A program made the position numbers and the translations under genes. The notes below the pieces were generated by a model. That model was given only the letters and a program-made list of their open reading frames with translations. It was not told the DNA's origin and did not search any database. Shown here in pieces: positions 53,856 through 62,944 of a DNA stretch of 64,000 bases (position 1 is its first letter; each line of letters opens with the position of its first letter). The DNA is from Acidobacteriota bacterium (GTDB taxonomy: Bacteria > Acidobacteriota > UBA6911), in NCBI GenBank assembly GCA_963664705.1, contig OY761556.1:3776001-3840000 (forward strand). The letters run 5' to 3'.

Positions 53856-55016
53856 TTATTTCTTGCTGCCTGCTGGTTGAGGAGCTCCCAACACCTGTTC
53901 CATGAACCATTCGTCGACGAGAGCGCCTTCCGAGATGAGCTGACGATATTTGATGAAGTTGATGGTATCCGCGTTTGTTATCTTCTTGGTGTTAAACGCG
54001 CCGAAGCCAAGGAAGGCTTCGCCCATCATATTCGCGGCAAGCCAGTGCCGGTTGGGATTCTTGATCTGATCCCAGAAGAACTTCTTCTTATTCCGGATCC
54101 CATCAATAGACATGATCAGGCATCCGGGGAAGAGATTTGCAAAGGTCCAGACAATTTTGTCTACTTCGGCATCGAGGAGGGAAAAATCGTAATCGTTGTT
54201 CTTCAGCTTTTCATTTACCCAGGCGCGCGCCTTTTTCAAATCATCACCGGTTTTATACTCGCCATAAACGATTTCCCCATTCTGGACATAGGTATCGGTT
54301 ATGATTTGAGGATTCCGCACCCACTCCCCCTTCTCGTCCTTGAGAACAGGAACAACCTTGGACACAAGGTTTTTCGCCTTCATTTTGTAGGCGCTCCACA
54401 TTTCACAACTGATGCAGTTCCACATGGCATCTTCAGCGGTAAGGAACCAGGGCAGGAAATCCGAGGCACCTCCAACGGGAGCGGATCCATGCCGCGGGCC
54501 GGCCTGCCCGAATATGGCTAAATCCGATGTCACCGCGATATCGCAAGCCAGCCCGATCTCCTGGCCACCGGCCACCCTCATGCCGTTTACACGGCAGATA
54601 ACCGGTTTCTTGCACATCAGAATGGAGTCCACCATATTGTTGAAGAGCTCCATATACGCGCCGTACTCCTCGGGTCGTTTGCTGTAATATTCCGAGTATT
54701 CCTTGGTATTGCCGCCGGTGCAGAAGGCATTAGGTCCGGTCCCGGTAAATACGACCGCAACCACTTCCCGGTCGACGGAGGAATTCTCGAATCCAGCAAT
54801 AACGCCCTTCACCATTTCGGTTGTATAGGAATTGTATTGCGCGGGGTTGTTCAGCCGAATCCAGGCCACAAAAAGCCCTGGGACGACATTCCCCTTCGGG
54901 TCCTTCAATGGCGTTTTTTCATATACTACGCAAGGGGAATCCACGCCCCAATGCTCCGGGCCGAATCTGCTGTGATCCTTTTTCCCATGCTCTCTCGGCA
55001 TCCAATCTAGTCCCAT
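53856..55016 (-). CDS. oah: 6-oxocyclohex-1-ene-1-carbonyl-CoA hydrolase (ring opening, BamA/Oah)
   Basis: LNNPAQYNSYTTEMVKGVI, FCTGGNTKEY.EYY, RVNGMRVAGGQE and QAGPRHGSAPVGGASDFLP. Confidence 0.93.
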   Translation of the reverse strand: MGLDWMPREHGKKDHSRFGPEHWGVDSPCVVYEKTPLKDPKGNVVPGLFVAWIRLNNPAQYNSYTTEMVKGVIAGFENSSVDREVVAVVFTGTGPNAFCTGGNTKEYSEYYSKRPEEYGAYMELFNNMVDSILMCKKPVICRVNGMRVAGGQEIGLACDIAVTSDLAIFGQAGPRHGSAPVGGASDFLPWFLTAEDAMWNCISCEMWSAYKMKAKNLVSKVVPVLKDEKGEWVRNPQIITDTYVQNGEIVYGEYKTGDDLKKARAWVNEKLKNNDYDFSLLDAEVDKIVWTFANLFPGCLIMSIDGIRNKKKFFWDQIKNPNRHWLAANMMGEAFLGFGAFNTKKITNADTINFIKYRQLISEGALVDEWFMEQVLGAPQPAGSKK

Positions 55017-55285
55017 ATTGATCTCCTTGCGGAATGAAGAGAATGGTTCTGAGACACCTACAGGCGGGCGAATGCCGCCTTCAGAACTGGTTAGTTCGAG
55101 GTTGAAAAAAGGAACAGAGCAACTTATGACTAATCCTTTTCTTAATCTCCTGTCAAGGGGATTTGCTCATTTGGGCACCAAAGAAATGGACGACGCTGAA
55201 GACTACGAAGAAAAAAATAATATTTTTCCTCAGTGTCTCTGCTTTTTCCCGTGTTCTCCGGAGCTCGCATGATAGGATTCACCGG

Positions 55286-57592
55286 ATGGACATATTGGCT
55301 AATTTAAATCCCCCGCAGAGGCTTGCGGTTGAACATGGACGCGGCCCGGCGCTGGTTCTTGCCGGTGCCGGAAGCGGGAAAACCCGCGTCATTGCATTCC
55401 GAATTGCATACTTAATACAAAATGCGGCGGCTCGTCCCGAGAACATCCTGGCGGTGACCTTCACCAACAAGGCGGCCAAGGAAATGCGGGAGCGCGTTCA
55501 AAAAATTGTAGGCCCCGCCCGCACCGCCGAACCATTAATATCTACATTTCACTCTTTCTGCGTACGGCTGCTGCGACGGGAAATTCACCATCTCGGATAT
55601 AAGCGCGATTTTTCCATCTATGATACAGACGATCAAAAACGCCTGATCAAGCAGACGCTGGATGAACTGAACAAGCCGGATCTTGATCTTTCGCCTCGGG
55701 AAGTCATCAGCCGTATCAGCTTTGCCAAAAACCACGGGATTACGCCGGAGACATATCCCACGGTCTTTCCATCGGATATTGCCGAGCACGTGCAGACCCT
55801 TTACAACAAGTACAACAGCCGGCTGAAGAATACCAACTCGCTCGATTTCGACGATCTGCTCCTCAAGTCTGTCGCGGTCCTGGAAAAGATCCCCGAACTG
55901 CGGAAATACTACAGCGACTGGTACAGCTACATCCTCGTCGATGAGTACCAGGACACGAACCGTCCGCAATACCAGCTTTTGCGGCTGCTCACAACGTCGC
56001 ACCAGAATCTCTTTGTCGTCGGCGACGAAGATCAATCCATCTACAAGTTCCGTGGTGCGGATATTCAGAATATACTCAAGTTCGAAAAGGACTTCCCGGG
56101 CGCAAAAGTCATCAAGCTGGAACAAAACTATCGCTCGAAGGGAAATATCCTGCGTGTAGCCGGCGCAGTTGTCGAAAACAACACGGAACGCAAAGGGAAA
56201 ACCCTTTGGACCGAAAACGACAGCGGCGATGTGGTTACCTGCAAATGCATCGAAAGCCCGCGCGACGAGGCCAACTGGGTTGCCCGGCGGATCAAAACAA
56301 TCCTGGAAGATCAGCCGAGCGGCCATATTGCAATTCTCTACCGGGCCAATTTTCTTTCCCGGAATTTTGAAGACGTTCTGACCAATGAAGGAATTACTTA
56401 TGCCGTCGTAGGTAGTGTCGCCTTCTTTGGGCGGATGGAAGTGAAGGATTTGCTGGCGTATCTGCGAGTCATCTTCAATCCCGAAGACGATGTGGCGCTT
56501 CTGCGCATCCTCAACACTCCGCCCCGCGGCATCGGGAGCACTACCATTGATATGCTCACCGCCGCAGCCCTGGAACAGGGAATTCCAATCCTGCAGGTGC
56601 TTCGGGAGAAAGCGCGAGATCCGCAACTGCCGGGCCGAACCAGTAAAGCGCTGCTGCGATTCCAGGAACTCGTGGATAAATGGGCGGCCATGCTGGACAA
56701 ATCCACAATCGGCGAACTGCTCGAGATGATTGTAAAGGACATCCAGTACAAAGAGATGCTGGACAAGCAAGAGGCCAGCGCCGAAGTTGAAAACCGGCTG
56801 GCCAATATTGAGGAATTGATCCGGGCTGCCGGCGAATCGCAAACAAGAGGCGAGACGATTGCGGAATTCCTCGATCGCGCCGCGCTATCATCGGAACTGG
56901 ATCATCTCGATCCGAACTCCCGCGTGTCGCTGATGACGCTGCATAGCGCCAAGGGGCTCGAGTTCGAGACTGTATTCCTGGCCGGAATGGAAGAAGGCCT
57001 GTTCCCGCATTCACAATCTTCCGGATCCAATGAGGACCTGGAGGAAGAACGACGGCTTTGCTATGTCGGCATTACGCGTGCCAAGGAAAAACTCTTCATC
57101 ACCTGGACCCCCTTCCGCAAGGCATACGGACCCGAGGCGGGATTCCCAGCCCAGCCGTCGAGGTTCTTGAAGGAGATGCCTTCGGATCTGGTTGAGGGGC
57201 TCGACGATGGACCGGAGTATTTTGATCAGCGCCCCAAAATGCGGAACCGCCTCTACGAAGAAACGGATACGTATAAAGCTGGCATTGTCTACCGCCCCAA
57301 AAGCAGCGTTACGCGGGAAGAGCCACAGCCTCAGGCGGGACCCAAAACGATTGCTGAACTGAAAGCCTACATCGAGGAAAAAGAGAGGCAACGCTTCTCC
57401 GGAAAGACAGCGGAAGCGCCCAGAAGCGGATCGGGCGTCAAGACCGGAACCCGTGTGCGGCATGAACAGTTTGGCGACGGCATCGTGCTCAGCAAGGAGC
57501 GGTCAGGAGATGATTTCAAGCTGGTTGTCACCTTCAGCCGCGTCGGCAAGAAAACTCTGATGGAGAAGTACGCGAAATTAAAAACGCTTTAG
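55286..57592 (+). CDS. pcrA: ATP-dependent DNA helicase PcrA/UvrD
   Basis: LAGAGSGKTRV, VDEYQDTN, VGDEDQSIY.FRGA, LEQNYRS, MTLHSAKGLEF, EEERRLCYV and a C-terminal Tudor-like domain; start moved to 55286. Confidence 0.93.
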   Translation: MDILANLNPPQRLAVEHGRGPALVLAGAGSGKTRVIAFRIAYLIQNAAARPENILAVTFTNKAAKEMRERVQKIVGPARTAEPLISTFHSFCVRLLRREIHHLGYKRDFSIYDTDDQKRLIKQTLDELNKPDLDLSPREVISRISFAKNHGITPETYPTVFPSDIAEHVQTLYNKYNSRLKNTNSLDFDDLLLKSVAVLEKIPELRKYYSDWYSYILVDEYQDTNRPQYQLLRLLTTSHQNLFVVGDEDQSIYKFRGADIQNILKFEKDFPGAKVIKLEQNYRSKGNILRVAGAVVENNTERKGKTLWTENDSGDVVTCKCIESPRDEANWVARRIKTILEDQPSGHIAILYRANFLSRNFEDVLTNEGITYAVVGSVAFFGRMEVKDLLAYLRVIFNPEDDVALLRILNTPPRGIGSTTIDMLTAAALEQGIPILQVLREKARDPQLPGRTSKALLRFQELVDKWAAMLDKSTIGELLEMIVKDIQYKEMLDKQEASAEVENRLANIEELIRAAGESQTRGETIAEFLDRAALSSELDHLDPNSRVSLMTLHSAKGLEFETVFLAGMEEGLFPHSQSSGSNEDLEEERRLCYVGITRAKEKLFITWTPFRKAYGPEAGFPAQPSRFLKEMPSDLVEGLDDGPEYFDQRPKMRNRLYEETDTYKAGIVYRPKSSVTREEPQPQAGPKTIAELKAYIEEKERQRFSGKTAEAPRSGSGVKTGTRVRHEQFGDGIVLSKERSGDDFKLVVTFSRVGKKTLMEKYAKLKTL

Positions 57593-57640
57593 TCTCGGAT
57601 TCCAGGTTATAGCTCCGGCTTTATCTGGAATCTGGAATCT
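57593..57640. repeat. Degenerate 7-bp-period inverted repeat (family B)
   Basis: tctcggattccagg ... atctggaatctggaatct. Confidence 0.55.
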
Positions 57641-57650
57641 CCAAACAGCT

Positions 57651-59132
57651 ATGCAAATCCTCAAGCGAAGGCCGATTGCAGATCTGCTCGCGAACGAGGA
57701 ATCGCCGCACGGGTTGAAGCGTTCGCTTGGTGCCGGCGATCTCATTATGCTCGCGATTGGTGCGGTCATTGGCGCAGGCATTTTTGGCGCGATCGGCACT
57801 GCTGCCGCGGGACAGGTCGATGCGGCCGGAAATGTCATCCGCGCCGGCGCGGGACCGGCGCTGATCTTTTCCTTCCTGATGCTGGGAGCTGTCTGTACGC
57901 TCGCCGGACTCTGCTACGCCGAACTCGCATCCATGATTCCCCAGGCAGGAAGCGCTTATGCGTACTCCTACGCCACGCTGGGGGAACTGGTCGCATGGAT
58001 CATCGGATGGGATCTGATCCTCGAATATGCGGTCGGCAACGTTGCGGTTGCCATATCTTGGGGGGACTATTTTGGCACGCTGCTTCGCGGTATTGGGATC
58101 GATTTGCCTCAGTGGTTGACGACTGGATACCGGACGGCGCTGCTTAGCGCCGATCCATCCATTCATGGCTTACTCCAAACCGCACCGAGAGTTTTCGGCC
58201 TTCCCATTTTGGTGAATATTCCAGCCTTTGCGATAGTCCTATTCATCACCTGGCTCCTGTTGCGCGGCGCGAGGGAGAGCGCCACGGCCAATAACATAAT
58301 GGTGGGAATCAAGCTGATTGCGCTTGCGTTGTTCGTGATCGCGGGCCTGATGCACCTGGACGGCAGGAATTTTCACCCGTTCGCTCCGAATGGATTCAGG
58401 GGAATCCACCAGGGTGCCGCAATCGTATTCTTCGCCTATATCGGGTTCGATGCCATTTCCACAGCCGCAGAAGAAACTCGGAATCCTCAAAGAAATCTGC
58501 CGATCGGCATTCTTGGCGGGTTAGCTATCTGCACGGTTATTTACGTCATTGTCGGGACGGTGTTGACAGGAATGGTCTCGTACAAAGAACTGGCGGTGGC
58601 CGATCCTCTGGCTCGCGCTCTCCAGGTAGCGGGATACCAGAAAGTCGGATGGATCGTCGCCCTCGGAGCCGCCATTTCAATGGCTGCCGTGCTTCTCGTG
58701 TTTCAGTACGGTCAGCCGCGCATTTTCTTTGCGATGGCACGCGACGGTTTACTGCCGAAGTGGGCCGCTCGCGTCGATCCGGTGCATCGAATCCCGTATG
58801 TCACCACGCTGATAACAGGCATCGCCGTGGGGCTGGCATCGCTCATTGGCGACGCGGCAGAAACCTATGATCTCACCAATATAGGGACTCTGTTTGCGTT
58901 CGCATTGGTATCGATCGGCGTGCTGGTGCTGCGCTATAAGGACCCGCTTCGCCCACGGCCATTCCGCGTGCCGTTTGTCTGGCCTGTCGCGCTGGGAAGT
59001 GCTGCGGCCTGTCTTTTTGTCATGAAGGGTTTGCCCAAACAGGCCTGGACGCGTTTCGGCGCATGGCTTCTCCTGGGCCTCGCGATTTACCTCTTCTACG
59101 GCTACCGCCACAGCAAACTCCGGGAGCCTTAG
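57651..59132 (+). CDS. APC-family amino acid permease
   Basis: IGAVIGAGIF, LCYAELASMIP.AGSAY, IGWDLILEY and FFAYIGFDAIST.AEE. Confidence 0.92.
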   Translation: MQILKRRPIADLLANEESPHGLKRSLGAGDLIMLAIGAVIGAGIFGAIGTAAAGQVDAAGNVIRAGAGPALIFSFLMLGAVCTLAGLCYAELASMIPQAGSAYAYSYATLGELVAWIIGWDLILEYAVGNVAVAISWGDYFGTLLRGIGIDLPQWLTTGYRTALLSADPSIHGLLQTAPRVFGLPILVNIPAFAIVLFITWLLLRGARESATANNIMVGIKLIALALFVIAGLMHLDGRNFHPFAPNGFRGIHQGAAIVFFAYIGFDAISTAAEETRNPQRNLPIGILGGLAICTVIYVIVGTVLTGMVSYKELAVADPLARALQVAGYQKVGWIVALGAAISMAAVLLVFQYGQPRIFFAMARDGLLPKWAARVDPVHRIPYVTTLITGIAVGLASLIGDAAETYDLTNIGTLFAFALVSIGVLVLRYKDPLRPRPFRVPFVWPVALGSAAACLFVMKGLPKQAWTRFGAWLLLGLAIYLFYGYRHSKLREP

Positions 59133-59188
59133 CCCTATCCACCGGTGGAACGGGTCTCCTGACTTGACCGAATTAGTACAACCCCATT

Positions 59189-59452
59189 AACCGCGAAGAC
59201 CGCAAAGACCGCAAAGAAAATATTTTTGCAGGTTTTGCGGTTATCATTCTCGCCAGATCATACCCTGGATTCCATCCTTGATGCTTCATACATTAGTCAC
59301 CGCTGATAAACGGACTCCAGCAATCCTGGCGCTGTATGGATTGCTGAATCGACAATATGATGCGCAACTTCTTTCCTATCCATCACACTATCTCATTGCC
59401 CAGCAGCAAAATGAGCCAAAAAATCTTTGCGGTCTTCGAGGTCTTCGCGGTT
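59189..59452. mobile_element. MITE-like element with 29-bp, 9-bp-period terminal inverted repeats
   Basis: Left aaccgcgaagaccgcaaagaccgcaaaga; right arm reverse complement aaccgcgaagacctcgaagaccgcaaaga (27/29); non-coding interior; mobility is inferred. Confidence 0.5.
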
Positions 59453-59478
59453 CAAATATAAAAACTGATCAACGCCAT

Positions 59479-60333
59479 TTATCTTTTCGCAAGGCCGGCG
59501 AGAGTGGCAAGGTTCATCAGGTCCTCCTCAATACCGGAACCTTTGGGAGTTTCCAATATTTTCGGAATTGCAGAAAAGCGCCTATCGTTCATCAAAAAGC
59601 GGAAGGCATCGAGCCCAATATATCCCTGGCCAATATGGCAGTGGCGATCCACATGACTGCCAAGATCCTTTTTGCTGTCATTCATGTGAAATGCTTTTAT
59701 TTTGCCAATTCCGATCTTTTGATCGAATTCGCGAATCGTCCGGTCATACCCATCCCGCGTGCGAATATCATAGCCCGCGGCAAACAGGTGGCAAGTATCC
59801 AGGCAGACTCCTACACGCTCCGGAGATTTCAGCTTCTCCAATATGCCGGCCAGTTGTTCAAATCGATCACCGAGGCAGCTGCCCTGGCCAGCTGTGTTTT
59901 CCAGGAGGATCTGTACCGGCGGCTCGGCTTCCTTTAATGCCCTGTCCAGGGATTTTGCTACCTTGGAAATGCCAGCCGCAATCCCTGACCCGGTGTGCGC
60001 TCCGGGATGCATTACGAGGTATGGTACGCCCAGAAAATTCGCGCGGCGCAACTCCTCCGCAAATGCAGCCAGAGACTTGCGGTGAAGTTCGGGATCAGGC
60101 GATGCAAGGTTGATCAGATAGCTGTCATGGGCAACAACACTCACAATCTTGCTGTTTTTGCGCGCTTCCTTGAATAATTCACAATCAGGCTGCGTGAGCG
60201 GTTTGGCTTTCCACTGGTTGCTGTTTTTCAGGAATATCTGGATAGCGCGGCATTGCAGAGCAGTGCCGCGTTCGAAGGCTTTATATAAGCCTCCGGCGAT
60301 CGATACATGTGCGCCAGTCAGTAATTCACTCAT
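59479..60333 (-). CDS. nfo: Endonuclease IV
   Basis: GAHVSIAGG, HDSYLINLAS, HPG.H, LLENTAGQG, CLDTCH.FAAGYD, H.NDSK...DRH and ILETP. Confidence 0.95.
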   Translation of the reverse strand: MSELLTGAHVSIAGGLYKAFERGTALQCRAIQIFLKNSNQWKAKPLTQPDCELFKEARKNSKIVSVVAHDSYLINLASPDPELHRKSLAAFAEELRRANFLGVPYLVMHPGAHTGSGIAAGISKVAKSLDRALKEAEPPVQILLENTAGQGSCLGDRFEQLAGILEKLKSPERVGVCLDTCHLFAAGYDIRTRDGYDRTIREFDQKIGIGKIKAFHMNDSKKDLGSHVDRHCHIGQGYIGLDAFRFLMNDRRFSAIPKILETPKGSGIEEDLMNLATLAGLAKR

Positions 60334-60338
60334 GAAGC

Positions 60339-61595
60339 TCAGATGACGGTGCCGTTTTTGATCAATGCGCCTTTGGGAATAACAATAATCCCATCACGGA
60401 TACTGTAGTTTTCGTCGTCCTTTTCCTGCAGATTGTGGGCATTAATGATGGAGACGTTATCGCCGATTCGCGCCTCTTTATCAATTATGGCGTTGATGAT
60501 CGTACAGTGATTCCCGATCCCTATGTTGGGAATGCGTTTCGATGCATTTTCTTCAAGCTCATCGACCGTTTCAAACCGGTCCGCACCCATGATGATCGAG
60601 TGCTTGATGGTAGTCCCACCGCCAATCCTGCTTCTGACGCCGATAATGGAGTGTTTAACATCGGCTCCATTCAATATGCATCCTTCAGAAATGATTGAAT
60701 GATGGACATTGCAATTATTCAGTTTGGATCCCGGGAGATTTCTCGGATGCGTAAAGATGGGCGCATCCAGGTCGTAAAAGTTGAACTTCGGTGAGGTATC
60801 GGTCAAGGCCAGATTGGCTTCATAGAAGGATCGTATGGTCCCGATGTCCTCCCAATACCCGTCAAAGGTAAAAGCGTGCACCCGGCGCGAATGAATTGAC
60901 TGAGGAATGACTTCCTTTCCAAAGTCGATGGCTTTGGATTCCATCAGCAGATCTATGAGCGTCTGTTTATGGAAAACATAAATTCCCATACTGGCCAGGA
61001 AGTCACGTCCGTCGGCTCGTTTTGAGAACCGGATTTCAGGCAATTCCTGCGGCTTCGGTTTTTCTCTGAATTCCGTGACTCTTCCATCGGACTGCACCTT
61101 CATCAGCCCAAGTCCCGGAGCGGATTCGGCCGTCACAGGGATGGCCGCGACGGTGATGTCTGCTTTCTGATCTATGTGGGAGCTGATAATGCGGCGCAAA
61201 TCCATCTGGTAGAGCTGATCGCCCGACAGCACAATAATGTATTTTGCCTGAGTGTAGGGGAGCAGGTGTTTGATGCTTTGTCGTACCGCATCCGCGGTTC
61301 CCTGGAACCAGTCGGGATTATCCGGCGTCTGCTCCGCGGCGAGGATGTCGACGAATCCTCCACTGAACATATCGAAACTATAGGTATGAACAATGTGTTT
61401 GTTCAGTGACGCGGAATTGAACTGCGTCAGAACAAACACCCGGTTGATGCGCGAATTCAGGCAATTGCTGATTGGGATATCGATGAGCCGGTATTTTCCG
61501 CCGAGTGGAACGGCAGGCTTGCTTCTGAACTTGGTAAGCGGGTACAAACGTTGGCCTTGTCCTCCGCCTAGGACTACTCCTATGACGTCCTGCAT
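60339..61595 (-). CDS. glgC: Glucose-1-phosphate adenylyltransferase
   Basis: GGGQGQRLYPLT..RSKPAVP.GGKYRLIDIP.SN, WFQGTADAVRQ, ASMGIY and DFGKE. Confidence 0.95.
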   Translation of the reverse strand: MQDVIGVVLGGGQGQRLYPLTKFRSKPAVPLGGKYRLIDIPISNCLNSRINRVFVLTQFNSASLNKHIVHTYSFDMFSGGFVDILAAEQTPDNPDWFQGTADAVRQSIKHLLPYTQAKYIIVLSGDQLYQMDLRRIISSHIDQKADITVAAIPVTAESAPGLGLMKVQSDGRVTEFREKPKPQELPEIRFSKRADGRDFLASMGIYVFHKQTLIDLLMESKAIDFGKEVIPQSIHSRRVHAFTFDGYWEDIGTIRSFYEANLALTDTSPKFNFYDLDAPIFTHPRNLPGSKLNNCNVHHSIISEGCILNGADVKHSIIGVRSRIGGGTTIKHSIIMGADRFETVDELEENASKRIPNIGIGNHCTIINAIIDKEARIGDNVSIINAHNLQEKDDENYSIRDGIIVIPKGALIKNGTVI

Positions 61596-61634
61596 ATATT
61601 CTCCCGTATAAACCCGATTATAGCAGTTTAGAAC

Positions 61635-61704
61635 AATTTAAGATTTACGATTTATGAAAGATACCCTGGCCGCTTGTCTCATCGTCCATTGCAAATCGTC
61701 AATC
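61635..61704. repeat. Degenerate 7-bp-period inverted repeat
   Basis: aatttaagatttacgatttatga ... tcatcgtccattgcaaatcgtcaatc. Confidence 0.55.
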
Positions 61705-62025
61705 GCCAAGAACCGGGTCGTTGAAGCAGGAGCGGGCGCCGGTATGGCAGGCGGGACCCTTCGGGTTCACCTTAATGACAAGCGCATCGTAATCACAGTC
61801 CGTAATGATCTGCACTACTTTCTGCGTATTCCCGGAGGTTTCGCCCTTGTGCCAGAGACATTGACGGCTTCGGCTGTAAAAAACCGTCTCGCCGATTTCC
61901 ATCGTCTTGGCCAGGCTTTCACGACTCACGTAAGCCACGGTGAGCACTTCTCCGGATGCAGCATCCTGAACAACGGCGGGTAATAATCCGGTCGAACCCC
62001 ATTTCAATTCTTCAATTTTTTTCAT
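61699..62025 (-). CDS. hisI: Phosphoribosyl-AMP cyclohydrolase
   Basis: [19 protein letters not shown] and ACHTG..SCF. Confidence 0.95.
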   Translation of the reverse strand: MKKIEELKWGSTGLLPAVVQDAASGEVLTVAYVSRESLAKTMEIGETVFYSRSRQCLWHKGETSGNTQKVVQIITDCDYDALVIKVNPKGPACHTGARSCFNDPVLGD

Positions 62026-62047
62026 ATCTGTCTATGCCTGCGTTTAC

Positions 62048-62075
62048 AAGGCGGCAGCAAGCTGCCGCACTCCCA
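62048..62075. repeat. REP-like single arm (family C)
   Basis: aaggcggcagcaagctgccgcactccca. Confidence 0.8.
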
Positions 62076-62077
62076 GT

Positions 62078-62857
62078 CTATTCGGTTAACCTCACCGGAA
62101 TCCCTTGATTCCGCAATTCTCTCTTGGCATCTGCAATCGTATGGTGCCCGAAATGGAAAATTGAGGCCGCCAGCGCCGCACTCGCCTTCCCATCAATAAA
62201 CGCGTCCGCAATGTGTTGCAGAGTCCCGCAGCCACCGGATGCGATAACGGGGATATCCACCCTTTCTGAAATCTTGCGATTCAGAATATTGTCATATCCG
62301 GCCTGAGTACCGTCGCAATCCATGGATGTGAGCAGAATCTCTCCCGCGCCGCGCTCCGCCGCTTCTCCGGCCCACGCAACCGCCTCGATCGGGCGTGTCA
62401 CCCTTCCTCCGTGAGTCGTTACTTCCCACCGCGGATTTTCCGGATCAAACGGCTGGATCCGCCGCGCATCGATTGCAACGATGATGCACTGCGAGCCGAA
62501 ATAACGTGCCGATTCGTTGATCAAATCGGGATTCTCTATGGCCGAGGTATTCAGCGACACCTTATCGGCCCCGGCGCGAAGGATCGCCTGGATGTCTTCA
62601 ATAGTGCGCAATCCGCCGCCCACAGTGAACGGGATGAAGATTCTGTCGGCAACAGCGCGAACCATCCTGGTAACGATATCCCGCCGGTCGGATGATGCGG
62701 TGATATCCAGGAACACCAATTCGTCCGCGCCTTCGGCGTCATATCGGGCGGCCGTTTCGACCGGGTCGCCGGCGTCAACCAGATTCACAAAATGCGTTCC
62801 TTTGACCACACGCCCATCACGCACATCCAAACAGGGTATAATTCGTTTTGCTAGCAT
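62078..62857 (-). CDS. hisF: Imidazole glycerol phosphate synthase cyclase subunit
   Basis: [39 protein letters not shown] and ALAASIFH. Confidence 0.97.
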   Translation of the reverse strand: MLAKRIIPCLDVRDGRVVKGTHFVNLVDAGDPVETAARYDAEGADELVFLDITASSDRRDIVTRMVRAVADRIFIPFTVGGGLRTIEDIQAILRAGADKVSLNTSAIENPDLINESARYFGSQCIIVAIDARRIQPFDPENPRWEVTTHGGRVTRPIEAVAWAGEAAERGAGEILLTSMDCDGTQAGYDNILNRKISERVDIPVIASGGCGTLQHIADAFIDGKASAALAASIFHFGHHTIADAKRELRNQGIPVRLTE

Positions 62858-62861
62858 AACG

Positions 62862-62940
62862 TTCCAATTCAGGATTTCGGATTTCCGGTTCCAGATTTCG
62901 GAATTTCCATTCGGGGATCTGAAAGCCGGGCGCTCAAATT
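62862..62940. repeat. 7-bp-period repeat (family B, degenerate right arm)
   Basis: ttccaattcaggatttcggatttccggttccagatttcggaattt ... atctgaaa. Confidence 0.65.
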
Positions 62941-62944
62941 TGCG

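Noticed and set aside
59278-59937. 219-aa plus-strand ORF
   Set aside because: Mostly antisense to nfo and runs through a repeat arm; no recognisable motifs.
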